Shown here one piece after another: positions 52,715-64,000 of a stretch of DNA of 64,000 bases (positions are counted from its first letter, which is position 1; each line of letters starts with the position of its first letter). The DNA is from Octopus sinensis (lineage: Eukaryota). The DNA lies in the NCBI RefSeq assembly GCF_006345805.1, contig NC_043001.1, positions 82,894,001-82,958,000 of the forward strand, read 5' to 3'. Under the pieces are notes generated by a model, which made no database searches, was not told where the DNA came from, and worked only from the letters and a program-made list of their open reading frames with translations. The position numbers and the translations under genes are program-made.

Positions 52715-53155
52715 CCGCACTTGACTGATTGTTTACTTTGTTGACCCAAGAAAAATAAAAACACAAAAGTTGACCTTGGTGGAATTTGAACTGAGAACCC
52801 AATGAACCGTAGCTAAATATTACAACGCATTTTCTCTGTCACTCTAAACGATTCTGCCACTTCGACTTCGAATGAATAAGCCTCTCTCTCTGTACGTCAG
52901 TTTAGGAGACGAGGGATAATCGATCACATTGACCCCAGTGTTTGACTGGAGTCAATGTGACCGACTGGGAGTCATCCACCCCGAAAGGATGAAAGGCAAA
53001 GCCGACTTCGACAGAATTTTATCTTGGAACGTATAAACGGATGAAGTGCCACTAAGCATTTTGTCCGGTGAGCCTTAACTTCGAATGCATAATCCTTTCT
53101 ATTCTAGGTACAAGCCCTGAAATTTAGTGTGGAGGGGATAGTCGATTACATTACC
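52715..53155 (-). mobile_element. Cluster of decayed family-B SINEs
   Basis: Repeated reverse-complement cores: aaagttgaccttggtggaatttgaact; ccgaaaggatgaaaggcaaagccgacttcg; gatagtcgattacat. Confidence 0.75.
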
Positions 53156-53660
53156 AAATAATGCATTCAACATTGTAAACCGTACCAATTCTGTGGGCTG
53201 TGCTACTGGAGAAGGATGTATCTGCAAAACAAATTAGGCTAATTGTACTGAATCAGGTTTCGTGAAATTAATTCCAGAAGTAGTTGGGTCATGATCTCGT
53301 TTCTAAGCGAACACTGATTTAAACCAGAGATGCGTCTTAACATCCATCCTTTCTGTGCTTTATCTCAGTTTTATATTCAAATGAGCTTTTACGCACCCAA
53401 GAACGTAAGAGATCCAGTTATCCTAAGGGCGGTAAACTGCTTAATATCAGAACACTGAAACCCAATACAAAAACGCAAACGAACTCAGCGCATGATTTCC
53501 TTTACATCGATAATTGCATCATTGTTACACATTTGGATGAGAATCAACAAGTACTTGAAATTGAAATTAAAAGAAGCGACATGCAGATATGACCTTTCAA
53601 TCAACGACAGTAAGACAAAAATTATTCTACAGAATGTCTGGGACCGGCCTGCAGCCACAT
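53155..53660 (+). mobile_element. Decayed RTE (BovB-like) LINE RT region
   Basis: NAFNIVNRT/ILWAVLLEK...NTDLNQRCVLTSIL...GGKLLNIRTLKPNTKTQTNSAHDFLYIDNCIIVTH...RYDLSINDSKTKII matches KAFD..., VKQGCVL, DGKLFNLRRL, D.LFADDC of RTE-1/BovB. Confidence 0.75.
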
Positions 53661-53715
53661 CAAACATTGTCATTAGTACGATTGCATTGTAGTACAATGC
53701 ACTGAAACTGTCAAA

Positions 53716-54250
53716 TACATCGAACCTCGTTTATCACGGGTTGGTGGTGAAGATTAAAAGAACACAGTGATAAATGAATCAATGCTAAATGAATCATCTA
53801 CTCACATTTTGTAAATGGAACGAATGATAGATTCATTAGCATCAAACATGCGGCCCACAGTAGTGAAGTTTTCACGGTAACATATTTTCTTGATTATCTC
53901 TGCCTTTTCCAGTACACTATACACACACCTGGACCAGGCACTTTCATATATGTTCCTGTTCCTTGATTCCATGCTGGAGGGTACAAGTACGTAAATCCAT
54001 ATGTAAAAAAAAACGCATCTTTGCTCCACGGTCGTGTAAACACGAGTGATGATCAGTGCGTTCTGGACAGTTGAGCATTGTGACTAGCCGATAGTGAGCG
54101 TTTGAAAGGTACAAGCAGAATTCCGACTACTTACCGATCCGTGCTATCACTGACCAATCCGTGATAAGCGTAACATGGTTCACAATTGAGCATAGCGTGT
54201 TATCTCGAATCAGTGATAAATGAATCAGCTATAAACGAGTTTACATTTAC
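53716..54250 (-). mobile_element. pogo/Tigger-like DNA transposon relic
   Basis: Left end ta-catcgaacctcgtttatcacgg and right end tataaacgagtttac are degenerate TIRs; minus ORF SVLEKAEIIKKICYRENFTTVGRMFDANESIIRSIYK resembles a CENP-B/psq N-terminal HTH. Confidence 0.65.
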
Positions 54251-54506
54251 TTAAGAAGTTACACCACAACAGACAAAAATACATAGAATATTTCAACGAT
54301 TGTGCCACACACACACGATATATAGGTCTCTACGAGGGGACTTCTTAGACAGTAAGGACACCCCCGTCGACATCACAGTGGCTGTTTATAGTGCTATGGA
54401 CAATACTTGATTTCACACATTACCGTGATCCTTAACTCTTTAGCATTCAAATTATTCCGTCAGATGTAATGCTTATGTATTCATAGTTTTGAATTAATCA
54501 TATATT

Positions 54507-54919
54507 AGGCGTAGGCGTGGCTGTGTGGTAAGTAGCTTGCTTACCAACTTCATGGTTCCGGGTTCAGTCCCACAACGTGGCACCGTGGGCAGGTGTTTTA
54601 TACTATAGCCTCGGGCCGACCAAAGCCTTGTGAGAGGATTTGGTGGACGGAAACTGAAAGAAGCCATTCGTATGTCTGTCTGTCTGTATGTATGTATGTT
54701 TGTGTGTCCGTGTTTGTCCCCCAAACATCGCTTGACAACCGATGCTGGTGTGTTTACGTCCCCGTAACTTAGCGGTTCGGCAAAAGGGACCGATAGAATA
54801 AGTACTAGGCATCCAAAGAATAAGTCCTGGGTTCGATTTGCTCGACTAAAGGCGGTGCTCCAGCATGGCCACAGTCAAATGTCTGAAACAAGTAAAAGAG
54901 TAAAAAGAGAATAAAAGAG
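54507..54919 (+). mobile_element. SINE family A, full-length
   Basis: aggcgtaggcgtggctgtgtggtaagtagcttgc (A-box), ggttccgggttcagtccc (B-box), body and aaagagtaaaaagag tail. Confidence 0.9.
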
Positions 54920-55164
54920 TATCTTATAGCCGTAAGATTTTACTGATGTGATTGTTTATTTTGAGAATGATATTGTAGAGTAGATACGAGAGGCCAGATC
55001 TGGTCCGTTAGAACGTAAAACAGATAGAACATATGAACATATATATATATATATATGTATATATCTTCCTTCTTTCTTTCCTTTCCTGGGCGCCCAATAA
55101 CACTATACTTGTTCCACGTCCTCACGTTGTTGTGTTTTCTCTTTGTTCATGTTTGGATTAACCA

Positions 55165-55202
<38 letters not shown>

Positions 55203-55249
55203 CAGAAAAACTATTATCAGAAAAATAAAAAGAACAAACAAAAAATTAA

Positions 55250-57278
55250 CAAACTAAAGTACTGCCAACAGCAACACACACATCCGACGGCTATCGCACT
55301 GCTTGAATCCCAAAAATATAACCTCCAACAATGCATGAAGACCCTCATCAATAACCAAAGATCAGCTGAGGAGAAGTGGGCCGTTGAAAAAATCAAACTA
55401 AACCCCAAAGTGTTCTTTTCATTTGCGAGGAAACGCAGGGTCACTGTCTCCATTGTTGGCCCTCTAATTGATGAAACTGGCACTCTCCAAGAAAATGCCA
55501 AATCCATGGCCGAGATACTGCAGAAACAATACTGCTCTGTTTTCAGCAATCCTGATATGGCCGATCTGGGCTGTATCAGTGATGTCAACCCCCAACACAC
55601 TATATCGGACATAACGTTTAGTGCCCCTGATGTCTTAGCGGCGATAAATGAAATAAAACACAATTCAGCAGTAGGCCCCGATAGGTTCCCCGCTTGTGTC
55701 CTGAAGGTGTGTCGACACCAACTTGCATCTCCCCTTGCTAATCTGTGGAGAATCTCACTGGATGCTGGCTATATTCCAAAAAACCTTCTGTCCCAGTCTG
55801 TTGTCCCAGTTTTCAAAAAGGGAAACAAGTCCCTTGCAGTGAACTACCGTCCGATCTCACTCACCTCTCATATCAAGGTATTTGAGAGGGTGGTAAGATC
55901 TCGAATAACCCAATTTCTGGAAAGCAACAGACGGCTGATCTCTAACCAACATGGGTTCCGTAATGGAAGGGACTGCCTAACGCAGCTCCTGCATCACTTT
56001 GATGACATTTTGAGAGCTTTGGGAGAGGGCTCCAACACCGATGTCATCTACCTTGATTTCAGTAAGGCCTTCGACAGGGTCGATCACAAGATCCTATTGA
56101 AAAAACTATCCAACATTGGTGTCTCTGGAAAGTTACTGAAATGGATCAAGTGTTTCCTGACAGACAGATCTCAACATGTTGTAGTTGAAGGGGTAAAATC
56201 AAGCCCAGCCAAAGTCAGTAGTGGCGTTCCGCAAGGCACTGTGCTGGGCCCACTTCTTTTCATCATCTACATTAATGACATCAATGACATCATCAAGCAC
56301 AGCAACATAAAAATCTTTGCAGATGATTCCAAGCTACAGAAGGTCATAAATGAGGCGAGTGACCGGACATGCCTTCACTCAGATTTACTGGCTGTTATCC
56401 AATGGGCAGAAAAAAACAATATGCTGCTGAACGAGGATAAATTTGAGTTAATCCACTTTGGAAAAGAGGATGCCCTGAAACTCCCATACTCCCTTCCTTC
56501 AGGTGAAACTCTCGCGGCGTCCAACAACATCAGAGACTTGGGAGTAATTGTGGACAACAACATAAGCTGGGCCACTCATATAAACACCAAAGTTGACATG
56601 GCCCGCAGAATGTGTTCCTGGATTCTCAGAACTTTCCAGTCGAGAGATATCCACACCATTATCCTTCTCTTCTCCACTTTTGCCCGACCCCACCTTGAAT
56701 ACTGTTGTCCACTGTGGTCTCCCCACACAATACAAAGTATCATAAAAGTTGAAGCACCTCAATGGGCAATCACAAGAAAGATAGATGGCATGACAGGCCT
56801 CGACTATTGGGGTCGACTAGAAAAGCTAAAACTTTATTCTCTCCAACGTCATCGTGAGCACTATATCATCTGCATGATGTGGAAAATATTCCATCAGCAT
56901 TGCCAAATGATGTTGGCATCACCTTTAAGGTACATCCAAGGCTTGGGCCCGTGCCATCCGCCCAAAACAAAAATCGCACTCTCATCTCATAACAACAATA
57001 CGGCACAATTATTTCACCTCAATTGGCCCGCTCTCTTTAACATTACACCAAAACACATTAAAAACAGAACTGACCCTATAGGGTTCAAGAAGTCTTTGGA
57101 CAAATTCCTTCAAGAAATCCCGGATAAACCCCCTACACCCGGATATGTCTCTGTAAACAATAACTCTCTACTTGAGTGGACCATAGTGCCCAAATTCTGA
57201 CTTGAAAGACTTCACCAGGTGGTGCTATTAAGTTAGACATGGCCTGGGCCAATAATGGCCGAAACCTATCAAAGTAAG

Positions 57279-57280
<2 letters not shown>
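55250..57280 (+). mobile_element. CR1/L2-group LINE, 5'-truncated ORF2 (RT domain; no APE endonuclease)
   Basis: Within ORF 55143-57200: NPKVFFSF, AVGPDRFP, NYRPISLT, QHGFRNGRDC, YLDFSKAFDRVDH, SGVPQGTVLGP, FADDSKL, IRDLGV, RPHLEYCCPLWSP, LKLYSLQRHRE. The first ~35 aa of the called ORF are (TA)n read-through. Confidence 0.95.
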
Positions 57281-57310
<30 letters not shown>

Positions 57311-57409
57311 CTAGCAATATAGGATGAAGTCCCTTTCTTTACAGAAAAGGAATCCATCAGGAAGCGTGGGCAGTATATTTAAAAAAACCGTTACGGTTGA
57401 AGTATAAAC

Positions 57410-57562
57410 ATCATATAATTAAGGGCTAAAGAGGGTTATTCTAAAGCCAATACACTGATTTATCCACTTATAATCCGCTTGGTACTCAAGTGTAGTTATG
57501 TTTTTAGCTTGTGCTTTTTCCATGATCATACGTGAGTATTTTATTTATATCCCATCGAAAGC

Positions 57563-57599
<37 letters not shown>

Positions 57600-57815
57600 A
57601 TGTATGTATGTATGTTTGTGTGTCCGTGTTTTTCCCCCCAATCTATTTTATAAGATTAATTCCGAAATTGATTCAATATAGAGATAACGAAATTTTAATT
57701 TTCTAAAGGTTAGTTGCCCGTTTTCAGTTTCAATTCTCCTGTAGCAAGCGGATTATAAGTGGATAAATCAGTGTATTGGCTTTAGAATAACCCTCTTTAG
57801 CCCTTAATTATATGA

Positions 57816-57816
<1 letters not shown>
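57410..57816. repeat. Fold-back with 72-bp perfect inverted repeat
   Basis: 57410-57481 is the exact reverse complement of 57745-57816. Confidence 0.95.
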
Positions 57817-57869
<53 letters not shown>

Positions 57870-58569
57870 TTGTGCGCATACGCACACAAACAAACACACA
57901 CACACAAAGACACACATATTGCGTGCATAAAACCACGTGGGTAGCATTATACGCATTATATCTGTATGCTTTTATGAACAATTTGCCGTTGTCGTCGAAG
58001 TCGTCGCCGTCGTTGTGGTTATAGAATTTAGTACCAAGCTGATCAGTTGTCATATTTAATATTATTATAAATTATAAATACCAGCAAACCAATGATGAAC
58101 GTAGGTAGCACTCACTAACCACCACAACTGGTTGGTCAACTAGTATAGACTATAGACTAACCAAGGAACTAGATACAGTTTGGAGAAAAGTATTCTTAAC
58201 AAACAACTTAATAATCAGAACATAGAGGAAATTTGGAATTGCAAAAAGACTTTTCCAATTATGGTATACTTACTTGACTGGAAAAATGTTAAATTAAACA
58301 CAAAAACATTTAACCACGGGCTAGAATGACGAGATGAACTCAATCAGTGTTTTTCGGTCGAAACTAAATAGTTGCAGGCCGACTGACTATTCGCTCGTCG
58401 TATTTGTCTATATGCGCCTGTGTATGTATATACGTATGTATGTATGTGTATGTGTGTGTGCGTGCCTGTGTGTGTCTATGTGTGTATGTATATATACACA
58501 CACATATATATTGCATATATATGTATATATATGTGTATATATAATGTATGTATAATATGACTGGGTTAG

Positions 58570-58635
<66 letters not shown>

Positions 58636-58696
58636 TGTATGTATGTATATATATACAATATAGATAGAGAAATAGATATATACATATATATATATA

Positions 58697-59967
58697 TTGA
58701 GTCATCCCATAAATAATGCTGCTTTTTCAATTGCATGAACTAAAAGTCGGCGGGGGACGGGATAAATTACCTGAATCAATTTGCTATAAAAGCAGGTAGT
58801 AAGTTTACCTTGTTATTCTTGTTTTGAAGAGTGCAGTTCGATTTTAACAGTTATTTTGTCAAAGCTATAATTGAAGTGACAAAGGAGTATATTCGGCATA
58901 TTTTACTTTATGAGTTCAATAAAGGCAACAACGCTATGGAAAGTGCGAGAAATATTAATGCAGTATATGGGGATCGGACAATAAGCGTAAGCCAGTGTCA
59001 ACAAGGGTTCCAGAAATTCCGTCACGGAAACTACAGCCTAGAAGACGAGTCTCGTCCTAGAAGATCTGTAGAGCTCGACGAAGACGTCCTACAAACACTG
59101 GAGGAACAAAATCCTATCGTAACTGTTGAAGAACTAGCAGAGAAGCTTAGATTTGGTCATTCAACAATTCATCGACACCTGCGTGCCATTGGAAAATTGA
59201 GTCAATGGGTTTCTCACAAACTTTACAAGTCTAATCGCGCACAGAGAGTGAATGTGTGCTCTTCTTTGCTGTCACGTCATGAATGAACTTTTTTTTTATT
59301 TTTGGAACGAATAGTGGCTGGTGACGAGAAATGGGTTCTCTATAAAAATGTCAAGCGCCGAAGACGGTACGGAAAGGAGAAAGACCGGCACCCCCAGGCT
59401 AAAGAAGGTCTTCACCCACGTAAGGTGTTGTTATCTGTTTGCTGGGATATGAAAGGTTTAGTCCACTTTGAACTTTTAAACCCGAACCAAACGATAACAA
59501 AAGAGATCTATTGCGAGCAGCTTGAGCGGCTTAAGTCAGCACAGAAGGAAAACGACCATCTTCGGTTTGAGGACGAAAGGTGTTCTTCCATTAGGTGAAT
59601 GCTCGGCCACATACAACGAGGATGACGTTCCAAAGGCTGGAGCAGTTTGAATGGGAAACGATACCCTGCCAACCATGTTTGCCGGACATTACCTCATCTG
59701 ATGATCATTTATCCACAGTCTTCAAAATCATTTGGACGGAAAAAATATGAATTCTGTAGACGAGGTCAGAAAAGTACTAGAGGAGTATTTTTCGTCACAC
59801 ACAAGTGAATATAGAAAGAGGGGCCTTGCAAGTCTCCCAGATAGATAGAAAAGCATTGTAAAAAATGAAGGAGAGTATATTTTAGATTATAAAAAGGACT
59901 TAGTTGATCTTATTTTTTTAACATAAAAGATGTATAAGAAAATCGCATTATTTATGGGATGACCCAA
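58697..59967 (+). mobile_element. Full-length mariner transposon (1271 bp), transposase pseudogene
   Basis: TIRs ttgagtcatcccataaataatgc and gcattatttatgggatgacccaa with TA on both sides; ORF pieces IRHILLYEF..., WVSHKL, IVAGDEKWVLYKN, HPRKVLLSVCWD, NARPHT, and a PPCLPDITSSD-like YSPDL region; stops and frameshifts present. Confidence 0.95.
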
Positions 59968-60053
59968 TATGTACATACAAATATGTATGTATATATATAT
60001 ATATTATATAATTAGGGCTTAGTAAAATAAATTACTTTGCCACATACTGAACT

Positions 60054-60108
<55 letters not shown>

Positions 60109-60231
60109 GAGTAGATGCGAGAGGCCAGATCTGGTCCGTTAGAACGTAAAACAGATAGAACATATGAACATATATATATATATATATCTTCCTTCTCTCT
60201 TTATATATATATATATAATATATATATATAT

Positions 60232-60274
<43 letters not shown>

Positions 60275-60278
60275 ATAT

Positions 60279-60309
<31 letters not shown>

Positions 60310-60904
60310 GTAGTATGTATGTATGTATGTATGTATGTAGTATGTATGTATGTATGTATGTATGTATGTATGTGTGTGTGTGTGTGTGTGTGTGATAAAC
60401 ATTATCACATACATATACGGACACATACCTACTTAAATATGCAGCTCTGTAATAAGAATTTGTTTCCGAACCATATGTCCCCGAGTTCAGTCCCATAGCG
60501 TGGTCCGATGGGCAAGTGTAAGATGCCACGCGGTAGGACTGAACGGAAGGCTATATGGTGTGGGAATCAAACTTCTTAACCACACATATACGCCCGCAAC
60601 CAATCCCAAATAATAAAAAAATAAACTTTCGTTTGAGATACCTAATGATCCCACACCATAGCACCCTTTTAATTAGCAAAACCAACCACGGAGAGTCGTA
60701 TGGAAATGAGAAAATAACGCACAATGACCGTGCTACAGCATGGCCCCAAACGCTCTCTGGATCGAGTTAAAATAAAGATGTTCATAGACTTTTAGAGCAA
60801 ATCTCACTATATTTGGACATACTGTCTAACGTAACGGAACAAATTTAAACGATGCTGAAGACATACTGATGCAACTGCTACTGTAGTAGTAGTAGTAGTA
60901 GAGT

Positions 60905-61287
60905 GGAGGCGCAATGGCCCAGTGGTTAGGGCAGCGGACTCGCGGTCATAGGATCGCGGTTTCGATTCCCAGACCGGGCGTTGTGAGTGTTTATTGAGCG
61001 AAAACACCAAAAAGCTCCACGAGGCTCCGGCAGGGGATGGTGGTGATCCCTGCTGTACTCTTTCACCACAACTTTCTTTCACTCTTACTTCCTGTTTCTG
61101 TTGTACCTGTATTTCAAAGGGCCGGCCTTGTCACACTCTGTGTCACGCTGAATATCCCCGAGAACTACGTTAAGGGTACACGTGTCTGTGGAGTGCTCAG
61201 CCACTTACACGTTAATTTCACGAGCAGGCTGTTCCGTTGATTCGGATCAACCGGAACCCTAATCGTCGTAACCGACGGAGTGCTTCC
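60905..61287 (+). mobile_element. tRNA-derived SINE, family E, intact-looking copy with (TAG)n tail
   Basis: A-box TGGCCCAGTGG, B-box GGTTTCGATTCCC, distinct body, and a 3' tail shared with family C. Confidence 0.9.
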
Positions 61288-62082
61288 AGTAGTAGTAGTA
61301 GTAGTAGTAGTAACGTTGCTTCTGGTAACGGTGTTGGTAGTAGTAGTAGTAATAGTAGCAGTAGTAGTAGCGTTGATCGTGGTAACAGTGGTAGTAATAG
61401 TAGTGGTCGTATCGTTGGTAGTGGTAACGGTGTTGGTGGTAGCAGAAGTAGTAGTGCCGTTGATCGTGGTTACGGTGGTGGTAGTAGTAGCAGTAGTAGT
61501 ATTAGTAGCGTTAGTCGTAGTAATAATGATTGTTGTAGTAGTACTAGCATTGGTAGTGGTAACGGTGGTAGTAGTAGAAGTACTAGCGTTGGTCGTGGTA
61601 ACTGTGGTAGTAGTAGTGGTAGTAGCGTTGATTGTAGTAATGGTGGTTGTAGTAGTAGTAGTAACAGCAGTAGTGGTAACGGTGATAGTAGTAGTAGTAT
61701 TAGTAGTAGCGTTGGTCGTGGTAATGGTAGTGGTAGTAGTAGCAATAGCGTTGGTCATGGTAATGTTGGAAGTAGTAGCGTTGGTAGCGGTAACAGTGGT
61801 AGTAGTAGCGTTGGTAGTGGTAACGGTAGTAGTAGTAGCGTTGGTAGTGGTAACGGTGGTTGTAGTAGTAGTAGTAGTAGCGTTGGTAGTGGTAAAGCTG
61901 GTAGTTGTAAGAGTAGCGTTGGTAGTGGTAACGGTGGTAGTAGTAGGAGTACTAGCGTTGGTAGTGGTAAAGCTGGTAGTTGTAAGAGTAGCGTTGGTAG
62001 TGGTAACGGTGGTAGTAGTAGGAGTACTAGCGTTGGTAGTGGTAAAGCTGGTAGTTGTAAGAGTAGCGTTGGTAGTGGTAAC

Positions 62083-62120
<38 letters not shown>

Positions 62121-62342
62121 CAGCAGCAACGTTGGTAGCAGCAGCAGCAGTAGTAGTAGTAGTAGTAGTAGTAGCGTTGGTAGTGGTAACGGTAGTTGTA
62201 GTAGGAGTACTAGCGTTGGTAGTGGTAAAGCTGGTAGTTGTAAGAGTAGCGTTGGTAGTGGTAACGGTGGTAATAGTAGTAGTAGAAGTAGTAGTAGTAG
62301 TAGTAGTAGTGTAGTAGTAGTAGTAGTAGTAGTGGCAGCAGC

Positions 62343-62386
<44 letters not shown>

Positions 62387-62477
62387 CAGCAGCAGCGTTG
62401 GTAGTAGTAGTAGTAGCGTTGGTAGTGGTAACGGTGGTAGTAGTAGTAGTAGAAGTAGTAGTAGTAGTAGTGGCAGC

Positions 62478-62557
<80 letters not shown>

Positions 62558-62560
62558 CAG
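61288..62560. repeat. (TAG)n-derived minisatellite with a 75-bp higher-order unit
   Basis: Unit starts at 61878, 61953 and 62028, with a partial at 62211. Confidence 0.9.
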
Positions 62561-63884
62561 TTGTTGCCATTATATTGCTGTTTTGTTTGCGTAGTCGTTC
62601 ATTTCGATGAAAATTCATTCTCGGCACAAGATGTCGACAGTCAAAGTTTGTCCACAGGCATTAAAGGCGGATCACGTGATAGCAAGTTGAAAAATATTTC
62701 TGGCCACCCTTACTGAAGTTGTTGATGGAACAGCTGAGGTCAAAGGTTAAGAGCTTCCTGTCAAATTTAGCGAACAAGTCATGTTCAGGTCTTTTGAAGA
62801 AAAATGTCGGTAGCCTGTAGCTAGCATTTTACTCTCGCAGCTTCTCATGGTTTTCCATTTCATTGTATATGATGTTGCTGTTGCTGTTGGTAGTGGTAAT
62901 GGTGGTGGTGGTGGTGGTTGTGACGGCGGTCTTGCTGTTGCTGCTGTTGTTGTTGCTGTTAATCTTGCCGTTGTTGTGCAGTCGCTATTGTATTACAGGT
63001 GGTGGTGGTGGTGGTGGTGGTGTGATGGTGGGGTGGTAGTAGTGGTGTTGATGATGATGGTAGTGGTGGTGGGGGTGTTGTGGTGGTGGTTGTGGCGGTG
63101 ATATTAGTGGTGGTGATGGTGGGGGTGTTCTGGTGAAGACGACCACGACGACGATGATGATGATGACGTTTGCGGAGGGTGGAGGTGCGGCGGCGCTCGC
63201 CGATAGGAGATGATGATCGTGGCGGAGATAGCGGCGGCATTCGCAGCGATAGTGACGACGACGATGACGAGACGATGATGATGACGATGATGATGATGAC
63301 AATGTTGATGATGTTGATGATGGTGGTGGTTGTGTTGCTATTGTCATGCAATTGTCATGCTATTGTCCCTGTCTTCATTGTTATTGGTAGTGGTGGTTTG
63401 TAAGTAGCGTGGTCGTTGATAGCTGTAGTCTGTCTTCAAATAAAGAAAGAAACGAACAGAATTCGCACTATGCCGTTTGCTTTAATTTTAATTACAAATT
63501 TAGAAGTATTGTTTAATTGTTTAGGCAAATGTTTAAATCCGTATTTGTAATTGTTCTTATTTTAGTGTCTTTTGTCTGTAAATTTTTCGTTGCGCAACCT
63601 GCGACCCCTTCAGCGACTATCCATCCTACGTGTCCCACCTGTTCTGTTTCGTCCATTCTCTCAACAAGAATTTAAGAACAATAATAAATCTGGCGGGAAG
63701 AACGAATACAAAGTGCATAAGCTTTTTTAAATCCATAACTGATCAGGGCAGAGGCTTGTTGTCTTTACTGAGAAATGTTCTGTTTTGTTATCTCCTCTTA
63801 TTCTCTTCTTCGTTTTTCTTTCTTTTACCTTGACGAAAGTCTCTGCGAAAATAAACATATCTTTTCTCTTCTTCATGGCAAAGA

Positions 63885-64000
63885 AATGTCTAAAAAGGTT
63901 TGTCATGTCGCCTCATAGTCCCAGTGGACAAAAGGGAAAAAGCATCGTCCCGGAGGATGGCGAAGGAAAGGCGCTGGAATAGCCACTGTAACTCATGTGG
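63885..64000 (-). mobile_element. Possible 3' coding end of a CRE-like RLE LINE (runs off the window)
   Basis: Minus frame PHELQWLFQRLSFAILRDDAFSLLSTG resembles the conserved C-terminal (W/F)LFQR(L/I)S.A..RGNA..(I/L)L motif. Confidence 0.45.

Noticed and set aside
57247-57266. GGCC-aataat-GGCC-GAAAC hairpin at the LINE 3' end
   Set aside because: No CUGANGA core upstream; likely an ordinary 3' UTR stem-loop
60905-60980. tRNA gene
   Set aside because: A and B boxes are present but there is no 3' acceptor-stem complement or terminator; it continues into a SINE body. The same holds for the head at 2686-2755

Overview
Eukaryotic, extremely microsatellite-rich, AT-rich DNA with one 100-N scaffold gap (42103-42202). 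The SINE families and repeat landscape look like an octopus (coleoid cephalopod) genome; this is recognised from memory, not from a search. I cannot identify a host protein-coding gene, only scattered low-confidence splice-site and exon candidates. Almost all listed ORFs are microsatellite read-through. Interpretable content is mobile DNA: tRNA-derived SINEs of several families; five fragments of an R4/Dong-like restriction-endonuclease LINE sitting in (TAA)n; two RTE relics; an L1/Tx1 RT relic; an ORF1-only (HAL1-like) L1/Tx1 derivative; a 2-kb CR1-group RT ORF; a decayed Penelope-like element (RT plus GIY-YIG); one full-length and two partial mariners; a pogo/Tigger relic; and a Helitron-like non-autonomous element. 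The most interesting signal is a set of minimal type-I hammerhead ribozyme motifs in short dispersed repeats: one with an intact core at 2797-2842, plus variant or decayed ones at 1800-1845, 24727-24763, 10288-10318 and 10948-10974. There are also five fold-back (inverted-duplication) structures in TA/TAA-flanked repeats. Together these suggest a Penelope-driven retrozyme/SINE-like system, which is an inference to be tested.
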